Assembly (NCBI GenBank): GCA_963812605.1
Contig: CAWEWF010000005.1
Span: forward strand, 373,245-437,244
Length of the DNA: 64,000 nucleotides
Direction of reading: 5' to 3'
Source of the DNA: an uncultured Verrucomicrobiae bacterium
GTDB lineage: Bacteria > Verrucomicrobiota > Verrucomicrobiia > Palsa-1439
This document shows positions 51,239-60,134 of the stretch, in pieces. Under the pieces are notes generated by a model that was not told the DNA's origin, ran no database searches, and saw only the letters and a program-made list of their open reading frames with translations. The translations under genes were made by a program, and so were the position numbers. Position 1 is the stretch's first letter; every line of letters begins with the position of its first letter.

Positions 51239-52038
51239 GTCTGCAAGTCGCGAACCACCAGACTCATCGCAGGGTAACGGCGATCCGGCTCCTTTTCAAG
51301 ACATTTGAGGATCACGCGTTCAATCGCTTGCGGAATCTCCGGTACCAGCGTGCGCGGGGGGCGCAAGTGAGCGTTGAAATTGACGTACTTTTTCAGGATC
51401 TCATCGCGCGTGTCACCGGCGATCGGCTTTTTGCCCGTCAGCATTTCGTACGCGGTGACACCGAACGAGAAAATGTCGGCGCGCTCGTCGACGGGCTCGC
51501 GCGCCAGTTGCTCGGGCGCCAGATAGAGCGGCGTACCGGACAGGATCGAGGCCTTCTTGGGTTTCGAGGGACGGCGAATCGCCAGGTCGAAATCGACAAG
51601 TTTCGCTTCGTACGTTTTTGGCACGAGGATGTTCTCAGGTTTGAAATCGAGGTGGAGAAAGCCGCGTTCGTGAACATGGGCGAGGCCGTTCGCCATGCCG
51701 ATGAGCATCTTGAGTTGGTTGGCGCGGAGGTTCGGGTCGTTGCGCAGAATCGCTTCCTTCAGGTTCGGGCCCTCGACGCGCTCGATGATGGCATACCACA
51801 AGCCATGGAAACGTCCGTGTCCGTAGTAATGCACGATGTTCGGGTGGTCGAGCTGCTGCATGACCTTGCAGCCCCATTTGAACTGGCGGATACGGCTCCA
51901 GGTAAAGCGGAATTCGGGCAGCAACACGCGCAACACGAGCCGCTGATCGAGCTTGTCCGCGACCAGATAAATATCCGCCATCCCGCCGCGGTTGATCTTT
52001 TCCAGGACGGTGAAGTTGGCGAAAGTCGTGCCAATCAT
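51235..52038 (-). CDS. Ser/Thr protein kinase-fold protein (atypical motifs)
   Basis: RGGMADIY, HPNIV, HLDFKPENIL, DFDLA, GTPLYLAPEQ, DIFSFGV. Confidence 0.88.
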   Translation of the reverse strand: MIGTTFANFTVLEKINRGGMADIYLVADKLDQRLVLRVLLPEFRFTWSRIRQFKWGCKVMQQLDHPNIVHYYGHGRFHGLWYAIIERVEGPNLKEAILRNDPNLRANQLKMLIGMANGLAHVHERGFLHLDFKPENILVPKTYEAKLVDFDLAIRRPSKPKKASILSGTPLYLAPEQLAREPVDERADIFSFGVTAYEMLTGKKPIAGDTRDEILKKYVNFNAHLRPPRTLVPEIPQAIERVILKCLEKEPDRRYPAMSLVVRDLQT

Positions 52039-52212
52039 TGTGTGGCTGCAACGGTAACGAACCGCGGGGTGGTTTGCAAATGCAATCCCCAGCGCGGGGT
52101 GGGATTGTGGCGTCCTACATCCGGCAAGGCGTAATCCGCCTGTTTCATTTTGTCAGTGAGGGTGTAGAAATCGAATAGTCTGCCGAACTGTATTGACGAT
52201 CCGGTGCCCTCG

Positions 52213-52308
52213 GCCTACCGCCTTGGGCAAAGACTCTCTCGCGATCAGAAACTGCGGCGTGTGGTCGACAAACTAGAGGCCGAATTGTTTGATGATGAGA
52301 CCTGACCC
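52213..52308 (+). pseudogene. Probable 3' remnant and end repeat of a Y1/RAYT-like transposase
   Basis: AYRLGQRLSRDQKLRRVVDKLEAELFDDET* with the stop inside GAGACCTGACCC. Confidence 0.5.
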
Positions 52309-52377
52309 TATTTTCTTCGCTATTTTCTTCAGACCTGCGAGACCGTTGCTTGTCATAGCGGGCATCTCGCCTGCTAT

Positions 52378-53205
52378 TCATTTGACACTTTCTGGCTTGA
52401 GGACTCGGCGCGCTTCGGCAATGACACGTTTGACCTCATCGGGATCGACCCAAATCTTCTCAACGTGTTTGACTTCGATTCCGAATGCCTTCGCTAGTGC
52501 TTCGGCGGGGCCTTGAACGGAGTGAAACCAATCGCAGCGCGGTTGTTCGAGACGACGACGTAACTGCCAGCATGCCTCGTAATCGTATGGAACATTTGCT
52601 CGACCATCGGGATGCTCCACCCTTGCTAGAAGAGCAAGCTGAACCTTCCGCTGAGAAAGTAACGCTGGCCCCCAAAACAGCGCTCTTGTCAAAGCCGGTG
52701 TGAACTTGATCCGACAGATTCTATCTAGTGCGGCGTGATCGCCAGTTAGAGCCAAGGCGACATTCAAGTCTGCCCGCATTGTCATATCAATTCCCTTGGG
52801 CGTTTCGGGAATTTCCAACGGCCTGTCGTGAACGTAAGCGCGGACAACGTCACGACTGCGCTCGTCCCCAATGCGCGCAAGAAGTATTAACGCAGCGTAG
52901 CCAGTGCGAGAATCACATTCAGGGATCATTGCTTCTAACGACTTGCGTAGTGATTCCCGCGTTTGCACATCAAACCGGGACGGATCGACCCTCTCGCTGC
53001 CCGAAAGCAGAGCAACGCGCTGACTGATGTTCGTCGCATGCGCCAGTGCTCCAACCCACGCGCGGCCGAACTGGTCACGTTCTGCTGTCGAAGCCTCGGT
53101 CGTAACAAACTCACCGGGCTGCGCACCCACTAGCTCGTTTGATGATACAGCCCCGAGCGTCACGGCGGTGTGTAGGAGAAACACCAACAAGTAAACCATC
53201 TTCAT
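52378..53205 (-). CDS. Orphan exported alpha-helical protein (cargo)
   Basis: Signal peptide MKMVYLLVFLLHTAVTLG; HEAT-like ALILLARIGDERS; atypical codon usage. Confidence 0.7.
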   Translation of the reverse strand: MKMVYLLVFLLHTAVTLGAVSSNELVGAQPGEFVTTEASTAERDQFGRAWVGALAHATNISQRVALLSGSERVDPSRFDVQTRESLRKSLEAMIPECDSRTGYAALILLARIGDERSRDVVRAYVHDRPLEIPETPKGIDMTMRADLNVALALTGDHAALDRICRIKFTPALTRALFWGPALLSQRKVQLALLARVEHPDGRANVPYDYEACWQLRRRLEQPRCDWFHSVQGPAEALAKAFGIEVKHVEKIWVDPDEVKRVIAEARRVLKPESVK

Positions 53206-53281
53206 TCGCACCCCAGCAAGGCACTCGCGATACGCGCCTGCTCGGTTGTCACATGAGATCCCGTGGTTAGAAAGAAAACCG

Positions 53282-53372
53282 GGGTCAGGTCTCAACATCA
53301 GACAAATGGATTGACACCAGAGTTTGGAGGCGCTAGTTTCGCTGGCCATGGCGCAACCGTTACGCATCGAAA
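53282..53372 (+). pseudogene. Probable left end, promoter and first codons of a Y1/RAYT-like transposase
   Basis: GGGTCAGGTCTCA end repeat; TTGACA-N17-TAGTTT (53311-53339); ATG 53348 MAQPLRIE(MP), cut by the direct repeat. Confidence 0.55.
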
Positions 53373-53458
53373 TGCCAATCATTTTGTGGCTGCAACGGTA
53401 ACGAACCGTGGGGTGGTTTGCAAATGCAATCCCCAACGCGCGGATGAAAAGGGGCCGT

Positions 53459-54856
53459 TTACACCTTCCCGGGTTCCAGCGGGAAGTAATTCCGGGCGTT
53501 ATTATAACAGATGTCGCGCACGATGCCGCCCAGCAATTGGTTGTCGCGCGGGAGCTCGCCGTTCTCCACGTCGCGTCCGATGAGATTGCAGAGGACGCGG
53601 CGGAAATACTCGTGACGGCTGTAACTGAGGAAACAGCGCGAGTCAGTGATCATACCGACGAACCGACTGAGCAGGCCGAGATTGGAGAGGGCGTTGATCT
53701 GCCATTCAATCGCTTCCTTCTGGTCGAGAAACCACCAACTGCTCCCGAACTGGAGTTTCCCGGCCACGCTGCCGTCCTGGAAATTACCAAGCATCGAGGC
53801 GAACATATAATTGTCGGCGGGATTCAGGTTATACAGGATCGTTTTCGGCAGACGGTTGTTCTGGTCGAGTTTGTCGAGATAGCGGGCGAGGGGCCCGGCC
53901 TGCGGCCAATCGCCAATCGAATCGAAGCCGGTGTCCGCGCCCAGTGTCCGCATCATGCGCGTGTTATTGTTGCGCAACGCCCCCAGGTGGAGTTGCATGA
54001 CCCAACCGCGAGCTTGATACTGTTCCCCCAGCCACAACATGACAACGCTGCGGAATTGATTGGCTTCGGAAGGCGTCACGGTCTTGCCGCCGCGGGCGGT
54101 GTCGAAAATTTTGGCGGCCGTGGCTTCGGTGCAATCATCCGCGTACGGGTGATTTAATCCATGATCGGACAAACGGCAGCCGTTTTCGTGAAAGAAATCG
54201 AGCCGCGACTGCAGGGCTGCGAAGAAGCTGGACAGGTCCCGACATTCACCGAGCTTGTCCATCCACGCGTTCCAGGACGCGGGCTGATCCACCGCCAAAG
54301 CCTTGTCGGGTCGAAACGCCGGATAAATGCAGGTGGAGAACTTGCCGGACTCCCGAATCCGCCGGTGTTGCTCCAAGGAATCGGTCGGATCGTCCGTCGT
54401 GCAAACCACGGCCACGCGGTTCGATTCGAGAATCTTCTGGACCGGCAGGGCCGCAAGTTTTTCGTTCGCTTCGTCCCAGATTGTTTTGGCGGTGGCCTCG
54501 TTGAGCAGCGTCTGGATGCCGAAAAACCGCTTCAGTTCGATGTGCGTCCAATGATACAGCGGATTGCGCAGGGTGTGGGGAACGGTGCGGGCATAGGCGA
54601 GAAATTTCTCCCAATCGCTCGCGTCGCCGGTGCAGTATTTCTCCGGCACGCCGTTGGAACGCATGGCGCGCCACTTGTAATGGTCGCCAGCCAGCCAGAT
54701 TTCATAAAGGTTGCGGAAGGTTTTATTTTCCGCGAGCTGGTCGGGCGGCAGGTGACAGTGATAATCAAAAATTGGCTCGTCTTCGGCGTATTCGTGGTAC
54801 AACTCGCGCGCCACGTCGTTCTGGAGCAGGAAATCCTCGGTAATGAACGACAGCAT
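53459..54856 (-). CDS. uxaC: Uronate isomerase
   Basis: IFDYHCHL, GDHYKWRAMR, NPLYHWTH, CTTDDP, SDHG, WWFLDQ, SYSRHEYFRR. Confidence 0.96.
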   Translation of the reverse strand: MLSFITEDFLLQNDVARELYHEYAEDEPIFDYHCHLPPDQLAENKTFRNLYEIWLAGDHYKWRAMRSNGVPEKYCTGDASDWEKFLAYARTVPHTLRNPLYHWTHIELKRFFGIQTLLNEATAKTIWDEANEKLAALPVQKILESNRVAVVCTTDDPTDSLEQHRRIRESGKFSTCIYPAFRPDKALAVDQPASWNAWMDKLGECRDLSSFFAALQSRLDFFHENGCRLSDHGLNHPYADDCTEATAAKIFDTARGGKTVTPSEANQFRSVVMLWLGEQYQARGWVMQLHLGALRNNNTRMMRTLGADTGFDSIGDWPQAGPLARYLDKLDQNNRLPKTILYNLNPADNYMFASMLGNFQDGSVAGKLQFGSSWWFLDQKEAIEWQINALSNLGLLSRFVGMITDSRCFLSYSRHEYFRRVLCNLIGRDVENGELPRDNQLLGGIVRDICYNNARNYFPLEPGKV

Positions 54857-54860
54857 GGTC

Positions 54861-56039
54861 TCAGCCCTTGGTCAGCAGCGAGAGGTGCTTCGTAAAGTGG
54901 CGATCGAGCAGTTCCTCATGGAGGGATGCGTTACGTTGCAGCGCCTCCATGATTTTCGGCTTCAAGCGCGGGCTGGTCAGCACGGAACCGAAGGTCACAT
55001 GCAATAACTGCCGCCCCGGTATCTCATCCAGGAACGCAGCTTCCTCTTTCGGGCCGCTAAATTTCGGCAACGATTTGACCTGCGCTTCCGTCGTGGAAAT
55101 ATGATAGCTGTGCCGGTCGGTCGCAAAGCGGCCGCGGCAAAACTCGACGATTTCGTCAAACAATGGTATCGATGTCCGGGCGACGACGCGCAGGGCTTCG
55201 AGGTAGCTGGTGCCGGCGGTTTTTACATGGAGCAACTCGCCACACACTCGTCCGACGACGGGGTAGGCGGTGAACTTGTCCGAGCCGCTATGGACGCTGA
55301 TCTTGTACGGGCCACAATGCTTCGCGATGGAAACGTGGTCGCGCAACGAGGCCTCGAATTTCTTCAGGTCGCCCTTGAAATCGATGCCTTTTTCGAAATC
55401 TCCGACAAATCGCGGCGCGATACTGACCACGTTCGGGACTTTGTGCCGGCGCAATTCCAAGCCGATGAAAAGGTGCTCCAGCGCGCTGGTCGGGTCCTCG
55501 GTTTCATCCACGCTGACTTCAATCTCGAACGGGCGCTGATCCATGACTTTTGCGATGTGGGCGCCCATGAGGCCACAGTGTTCCAGCGAGCGGCCATATT
55601 TCACGGCGGCGCCCTGCAACGTCCCGCGGTCGAACTGCAGCATGCCAAGTTCCGGGACCTCGAACTTCCGGCCCAGGTACACGGATTCCAATTCGGATGT
55701 CAGCCTGCCCTTGCCGACGTACTCGGAAGGGTCGATTGTGAAGAAGCAAAATCCCGCCGCTGCCGTGCGCTCGACGTGCTCCGGCAGTTTCAAGTGGTCG
55801 GCATCCGCCCCCCAAGCCTTATTGAAGCCGAGGTCGCGGAGAGCCGCGGTCGCAGCCTGCACGACGTCCTGTGGGGTGCGTTGGGTGCGTTCCATTTCGC
55901 GGATGGATTGCTGGGCAAAAATCGGGGCAAAATCAAATCTTCGAGCGGCGGCGAAATGGCCGGGTGTCGCCAATCCAAGCCGATCGCCGAAACCGAATGA
56001 CTTCTTTAGGCCCAGCGGAACAGGTGATACTGTATTCAT
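54861..56039 (-). CDS. uxaE: Tagaturonate/fructuronate epimerase
   Basis: SFGFGDRLGLATPGH, AQQSIREM.RT, GADADHLK, SVHSGSDKF, HVKTAGTSYLEA. Confidence 0.9.
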   Translation of the reverse strand: MNTVSPVPLGLKKSFGFGDRLGLATPGHFAAARRFDFAPIFAQQSIREMERTQRTPQDVVQAATAALRDLGFNKAWGADADHLKLPEHVERTAAAGFCFFTIDPSEYVGKGRLTSELESVYLGRKFEVPELGMLQFDRGTLQGAAVKYGRSLEHCGLMGAHIAKVMDQRPFEIEVSVDETEDPTSALEHLFIGLELRRHKVPNVVSIAPRFVGDFEKGIDFKGDLKKFEASLRDHVSIAKHCGPYKISVHSGSDKFTAYPVVGRVCGELLHVKTAGTSYLEALRVVARTSIPLFDEIVEFCRGRFATDRHSYHISTTEAQVKSLPKFSGPKEEAAFLDEIPGRQLLHVTFGSVLTSPRLKPKIMEALQRNASLHEELLDRHFTKHLSLLTKG

Positions 56040-56161
56040 TGTATTGACAATCAACCGAAGAACACCGTCAGTGCCAGCATCTTACTACGCGAGGCTTTCC
56101 TCGCCAACAGGTTTCTGGTAGTATTTTGGAGCATAATTGTGGAGACTGGGGCACTGAATCC

Positions 56162-57004
56162 ATGAGCACGCTTCCGAATGCGTTACATCTGCCGCCGCCG
56201 GGCCGCCCGCGCTGGGTTTGCGCGGAAAGCGCCCAGCTTGATCTTCTCTACCTGGCCTGGGGACATCGGGTGTATGGCCGCAATCCAATCCCCATGTCCC
56301 GCCATCCCGGTTGGCATTATGTGCTTGTGAGCCGGGGCAGCCCGACCCTGATCCTGGAACAGGAACAACGGGTCTTGAATCCCGGGGATTTCCTGGTGAT
56401 TGACCCGGACTGCGCCAGCGGTTGGACGGATCGACCGGATGCGGTGTGTGATCTGCTCGTTTGGATCTGGCGCTCCGGCCCGCGGTGCTCGGAGTGCACG
56501 GCAATGCCGGGCGAATTTCGGCAATGGACAATTGACCCACGGTTGCAGCACAAGCTGGAGCAACTTCATACTCTTTGCCGCCAGGAGGTGGAGCGACCGG
56601 ACGAATTAACGAAGCTGGCCATCGAACAATTGCACATCGCGATTGATGTCACCGTGGCCCGGCTCATCCGTCCCAAGACGCAACCGCCCGAGCCGTCGGT
56701 GCGGATGGAGTTGGCCATTCGCTGGATGGCCCAGAACCTCGCGGAACGGAACCCGGTCCGGGCCCTCTGCGAATATCTGCAAGTCTCCCCGGCGACGCTG
56801 GCGCGCATGTTTCAAACGCATCACGGTGAGTCGCCCGCGACGTATCACCAGCGAATGAAGATGGCCCGAGCCCAGGAGCTGCTGGAGACGGACCGTTTTT
56901 CAGTCAAAGAAATTGCTTACGCGCTGGGATACAAACACCCGAACGACTTCAGCCGCGCGTTCAAGCATTTCGTCGGCAAGAGTCCGAAATCCTGCCGTGA
57001 GTAG
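56162..57004 (+). CDS. AraC family transcriptional regulator
   Basis: Cupin N-terminus; SVKEIAYALGYKHPNDFSRAFK. Confidence 0.92.
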   Translation: MSTLPNALHLPPPGRPRWVCAESAQLDLLYLAWGHRVYGRNPIPMSRHPGWHYVLVSRGSPTLILEQEQRVLNPGDFLVIDPDCASGWTDRPDAVCDLLVWIWRSGPRCSECTAMPGEFRQWTIDPRLQHKLEQLHTLCRQEVERPDELTKLAIEQLHIAIDVTVARLIRPKTQPPEPSVRMELAIRWMAQNLAERNPVRALCEYLQVSPATLARMFQTHHGESPATYHQRMKMARAQELLETDRFSVKEIAYALGYKHPNDFSRAFKHFVGKSPKSCRE

Positions 57005-57094
57005 CGGACCCGAACGCCCAGACCATACCGCCCAATCCCGTTGCCGAGTCGACCAATCGACGAAGGAACATCTAGCCGCGTTTCCGTTGAAGCC

Positions 57095-58459
57095 TTACAG
57101 GTCGGTGATCGGTTTATGACGGGGAACCAGTGTTTTCATAATGCTCCAAGCGATCAAATAGCTCAAGGCGCAGATGGTGAACATGATGAGGTAGGCGGTC
57201 TGCGGTATTTGTTTGAAAGCGTCCGTTAGCCGGCCCGCCAACAGTTGGATGATCACGCCGCCAACGCCACCGGCTGTGGTCCCAATGCCGGTAACAGAGC
57301 CGACAGCTTTCTTCGGAAACATGTCGGACACGGTCGTAAAAAGGTTGGCCGACCACGCCTGATGCGCGGCGGTCCCGATGCAGATCGTCGCGACAGCCAG
57401 CACGGCGGCCATCTTTCCAAAATGATCAACATTGCCAAAGTATTGCGTGCTCAACACGGTGAGCGGGGCCACAGCAATGAGGAACATCGCGGTCATGCGG
57501 GCCTTGTAAACCGGCAGGCCCTTTTTGATAAGGGTCATGGGAAGGCTGCCGCCATAAACGCTGCCGATGATCGCCACGCCATAGACGATGAACGTTGGCA
57601 TGATGATTTGCGCCTTGGTCATGTGAAATTGTTTGATCAAATAATCCGGCAGCCAGAACAGGTAGAACCACCAGATGCCGTCGGTCATGAATTTACCGAA
57701 AACAAAGGCCCAAGTCTGACGATAGCCAAAAAGCCTCCACCAGGAAACCGCCCCCTTGTCTCCATCGGCGGTGCTGACCGCGAATTCATCGTCGATGTGA
57801 ATGTAATCCAGTTCGGCCTTGGTAATCCGCCTTTGTTTGTGGGGTGTGTCGTAGAGCCAGAACCAGAAAATCAGCCAGAGAAAACCGGAGGCGCCCGTGA
57901 AGATGAATGCCAACTTCCATCCAAGCTGGTCGCCGAAATAGATCATGCACCAAGGTACGAACAGCGCGGCCACCATCGCGCCAAAGTTTGAACCACTATT
58001 GAAGATGCCGGTGGCCAGGGCCCGTTCCCGCTTGGGAAACCACTCGGCCACTGTTTTGATGGACGCGGGGAAATTGCCCGCTTCTCCCACGGCAAACGCG
58101 CTGCGGATGGCGAGGTGCATTGCCACGGTCCGTCCAACAAAGGCATTGGCAACCCCACACAACGACCAGACGATGAGCGACAGGGCCAGACCCAGCTTGG
58201 TCCCAATCTTGTCAATGACCCAGCCCATCACGAGTGTCATGCCGGCATAAAATCCCGTGAAGAAGGAGGTCAGATAGGAGAAATCGGTGTTGGTCCACCC
58301 AAACCCGCCTTGTTCCACCGGTGTACAAAAAAACTGCTTTAGATAGCTGATGACCTGCCGGTCCAGATAATTGAAGGTAGTTGCAAAAAACAGCAGTCCA
58401 CAAATTACCCAGCGGTAGTTGATGGACTTTCCGGCGTCTGTAGTTGTTTGAGACGTCAT
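57095..58459 (-). CDS. exuT: Hexuronate MFS transporter
   Basis: RWVICGLLFFATT.NYLDRQ, GEAGNFPA, EWFPKRERALATGIFN, AHQAWSAN. Confidence 0.88.
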   Translation of the reverse strand: MTSQTTTDAGKSINYRWVICGLLFFATTFNYLDRQVISYLKQFFCTPVEQGGFGWTNTDFSYLTSFFTGFYAGMTLVMGWVIDKIGTKLGLALSLIVWSLCGVANAFVGRTVAMHLAIRSAFAVGEAGNFPASIKTVAEWFPKRERALATGIFNSGSNFGAMVAALFVPWCMIYFGDQLGWKLAFIFTGASGFLWLIFWFWLYDTPHKQRRITKAELDYIHIDDEFAVSTADGDKGAVSWWRLFGYRQTWAFVFGKFMTDGIWWFYLFWLPDYLIKQFHMTKAQIIMPTFIVYGVAIIGSVYGGSLPMTLIKKGLPVYKARMTAMFLIAVAPLTVLSTQYFGNVDHFGKMAAVLAVATICIGTAAHQAWSANLFTTVSDMFPKKAVGSVTGIGTTAGGVGGVIIQLLAGRLTDAFKQIPQTAYLIMFTICALSYLIAWSIMKTLVPRHKPITDL

Positions 58460-58461
58460 CG

Positions 58462-59230
58462 TTATCTCCCCATCCAACCGCCGTCGACGGTGAGGATGGT
58501 TCCATTGACGTAATCCGACGCGCGCGATGCGAGGAAGATTGCCGCGCCCTGCAAATCTTCCGGTTTGCCCCAGCGGCCCGCGGGAATCCGATCCAAAATG
58601 GCCTTCGAACGAATCGGGTCGGCTTGCAGCGCCGCCGTGTTGTCGGTCTCGATATAGCCCGGCGCGATGGCATTGACGTTCACGCCTTTGCCGGCCCACT
58701 CGTTGGACAGCGCCATGGTCAGTTGTCCGATTCCACCCTTGCTGGCGGCGTAGCCGGGAATGGTGATGCCGCCCTGAAACGTCAGAAGGGAAGCGATAAA
58801 GATGATTTTTCCGCGGCCCCGCGCGAGCATTGTCTTGCCCAGCTCACGGGCGAGGATGAATTGCGCCGAGAGATTCACCTCGACGACCTTGTCCCAATCC
58901 TCATCGGAATGCTGTGCCGCCGGCGCGCGACGAATCGTGCCAGCATTGTTGACCAGAATATCGATCGGCGCGTTCTCGGCGATAACCCGGCGGGTAAACT
59001 CGTAGAGCGACTGTCGATTCCCAAAGTCGCAACTGTAGGCCGGAGAATTTGCGTCCGAGCGCCGTGACGCGCTGCGCGACTTCCTCACCGCTGCCCTTGA
59101 GCGAGGCGCTGACGCCGATGATGTCCGCGCCCGCTCCCGCCAACGCTTCCGCCAGGGCCAGGCCGATGCCGCGGCGGCAGCCGGTCACCAGCGCGGTCTG
59201 CCCGTCGAGTCGGAAGAGATCCTGGGTCAT
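58462..59230 (-). CDS. kduD: 2-dehydro-3-deoxy-D-gluconate 5-dehydrogenase, frameshifted near 59042
   Basis: TGCRRGIG, NNAGTIRR, FQGGITIPGYAASK, VDGGWMGR. Confidence 0.9.
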
Positions 59231-60057
59231 CGCAATTCCTTCACGGCGATCTGGTCCATGTCGGTGAACTCCTGGTTCTCACCGCCCATGGCCCACACGA
59301 AAGCGTAGTTTCGCGTTCCCGCGCCGCAGTGGATGGACCACGGAGGCGACAGGACAGCCTCGCCGTTGCGCACCACCAAGTGCCGTGTTTCCTGCGCGCC
59401 GCCCATGCAGTGAAAGACGGCAGCGTCCGGGGCGACATCGATGTATAGATAAACCTCCGACCGCCGGGCGTGGGTGTGTGGCGGCATGGTGTTCCAGACG
59501 CTGCCTTCCTTCAGCACCGTGAAACCCATCACCAATTGGCAACTGGGGATTCCCTTGGTGTGAATGTATTTGAGGATCGTCCGTTGATTGGCGTCCCGTT
59601 GTGAACCCAGCTCCACGGGTTCCGCATCCGCTTCGGTTGCCAGCCGCGTGGGGTGAGATGTGTGGGCGGGATAGCTGACCAGGTAAAACCATGCCGGTTC
59701 CTTCGGGTCCGCACTGCTGAAGTCAATCTTCTGGCTGCCGCGCCCGATGTACAGGCACGAACGCTTCGACAGGGCGAAATCCTTGCCATCCACGGTGATC
59801 GTGCCCTTGCCGCCAAGGTTAAGGATGCCGATCTCACGCCGTTCGGCAAAGTAGGTCGCGGCCAATTCCTTCGAGGCTTCGAGCGCGAGTTTTTGCGTTG
59901 TGGGAACAATCCCCCCGACAATTGCGCGGTCTACGTCGGTGTAAACCAACTGCACGGTTCCCGGTTGAAAGAGGTTCTCGACAAGGTAATTGGCGCGCAG
60001 TTCGGCAGTGGTCATCCGTAGCATATGTGTCGCATCGGCCACATTTCTAATTTGCAT
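59227..60057 (-). CDS. kduI: 5-dehydro-4-deoxy-D-glucuronate isomerase
   Basis: ERREIGILN, SCQLVMGFT, WNTMPPHTHARR.EVY, SPPWSIH, WAMGGENQ. Confidence 0.95.
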   Translation of the reverse strand: MQIRNVADATHMLRMTTAELRANYLVENLFQPGTVQLVYTDVDRAIVGGIVPTTQKLALEASKELAATYFAERREIGILNLGGKGTITVDGKDFALSKRSCLYIGRGSQKIDFSSADPKEPAWFYLVSYPAHTSHPTRLATEADAEPVELGSQRDANQRTILKYIHTKGIPSCQLVMGFTVLKEGSVWNTMPPHTHARRSEVYLYIDVAPDAAVFHCMGGAQETRHLVVRNGEAVLSPPWSIHCGAGTRNYAFVWAMGGENQEFTDMDQIAVKELR

Positions 60058-60134
60058 GGGAGTCACCTTCCGGAGTTTTAACGCTATCAGGTTGATGTTG
60101 TTGCGGCAATAAGGCTAAAGAGTTTTTCGTAGCA

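Larger units (their letters stand above)
52029..53435. mobile_element. Small insertion bounded by 63-bp direct repeats
   Basis: TGCCAATCATT..TGCAATCCCCA at 52029-52091 and 53373-53435, two mismatches. Confidence 0.8.
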
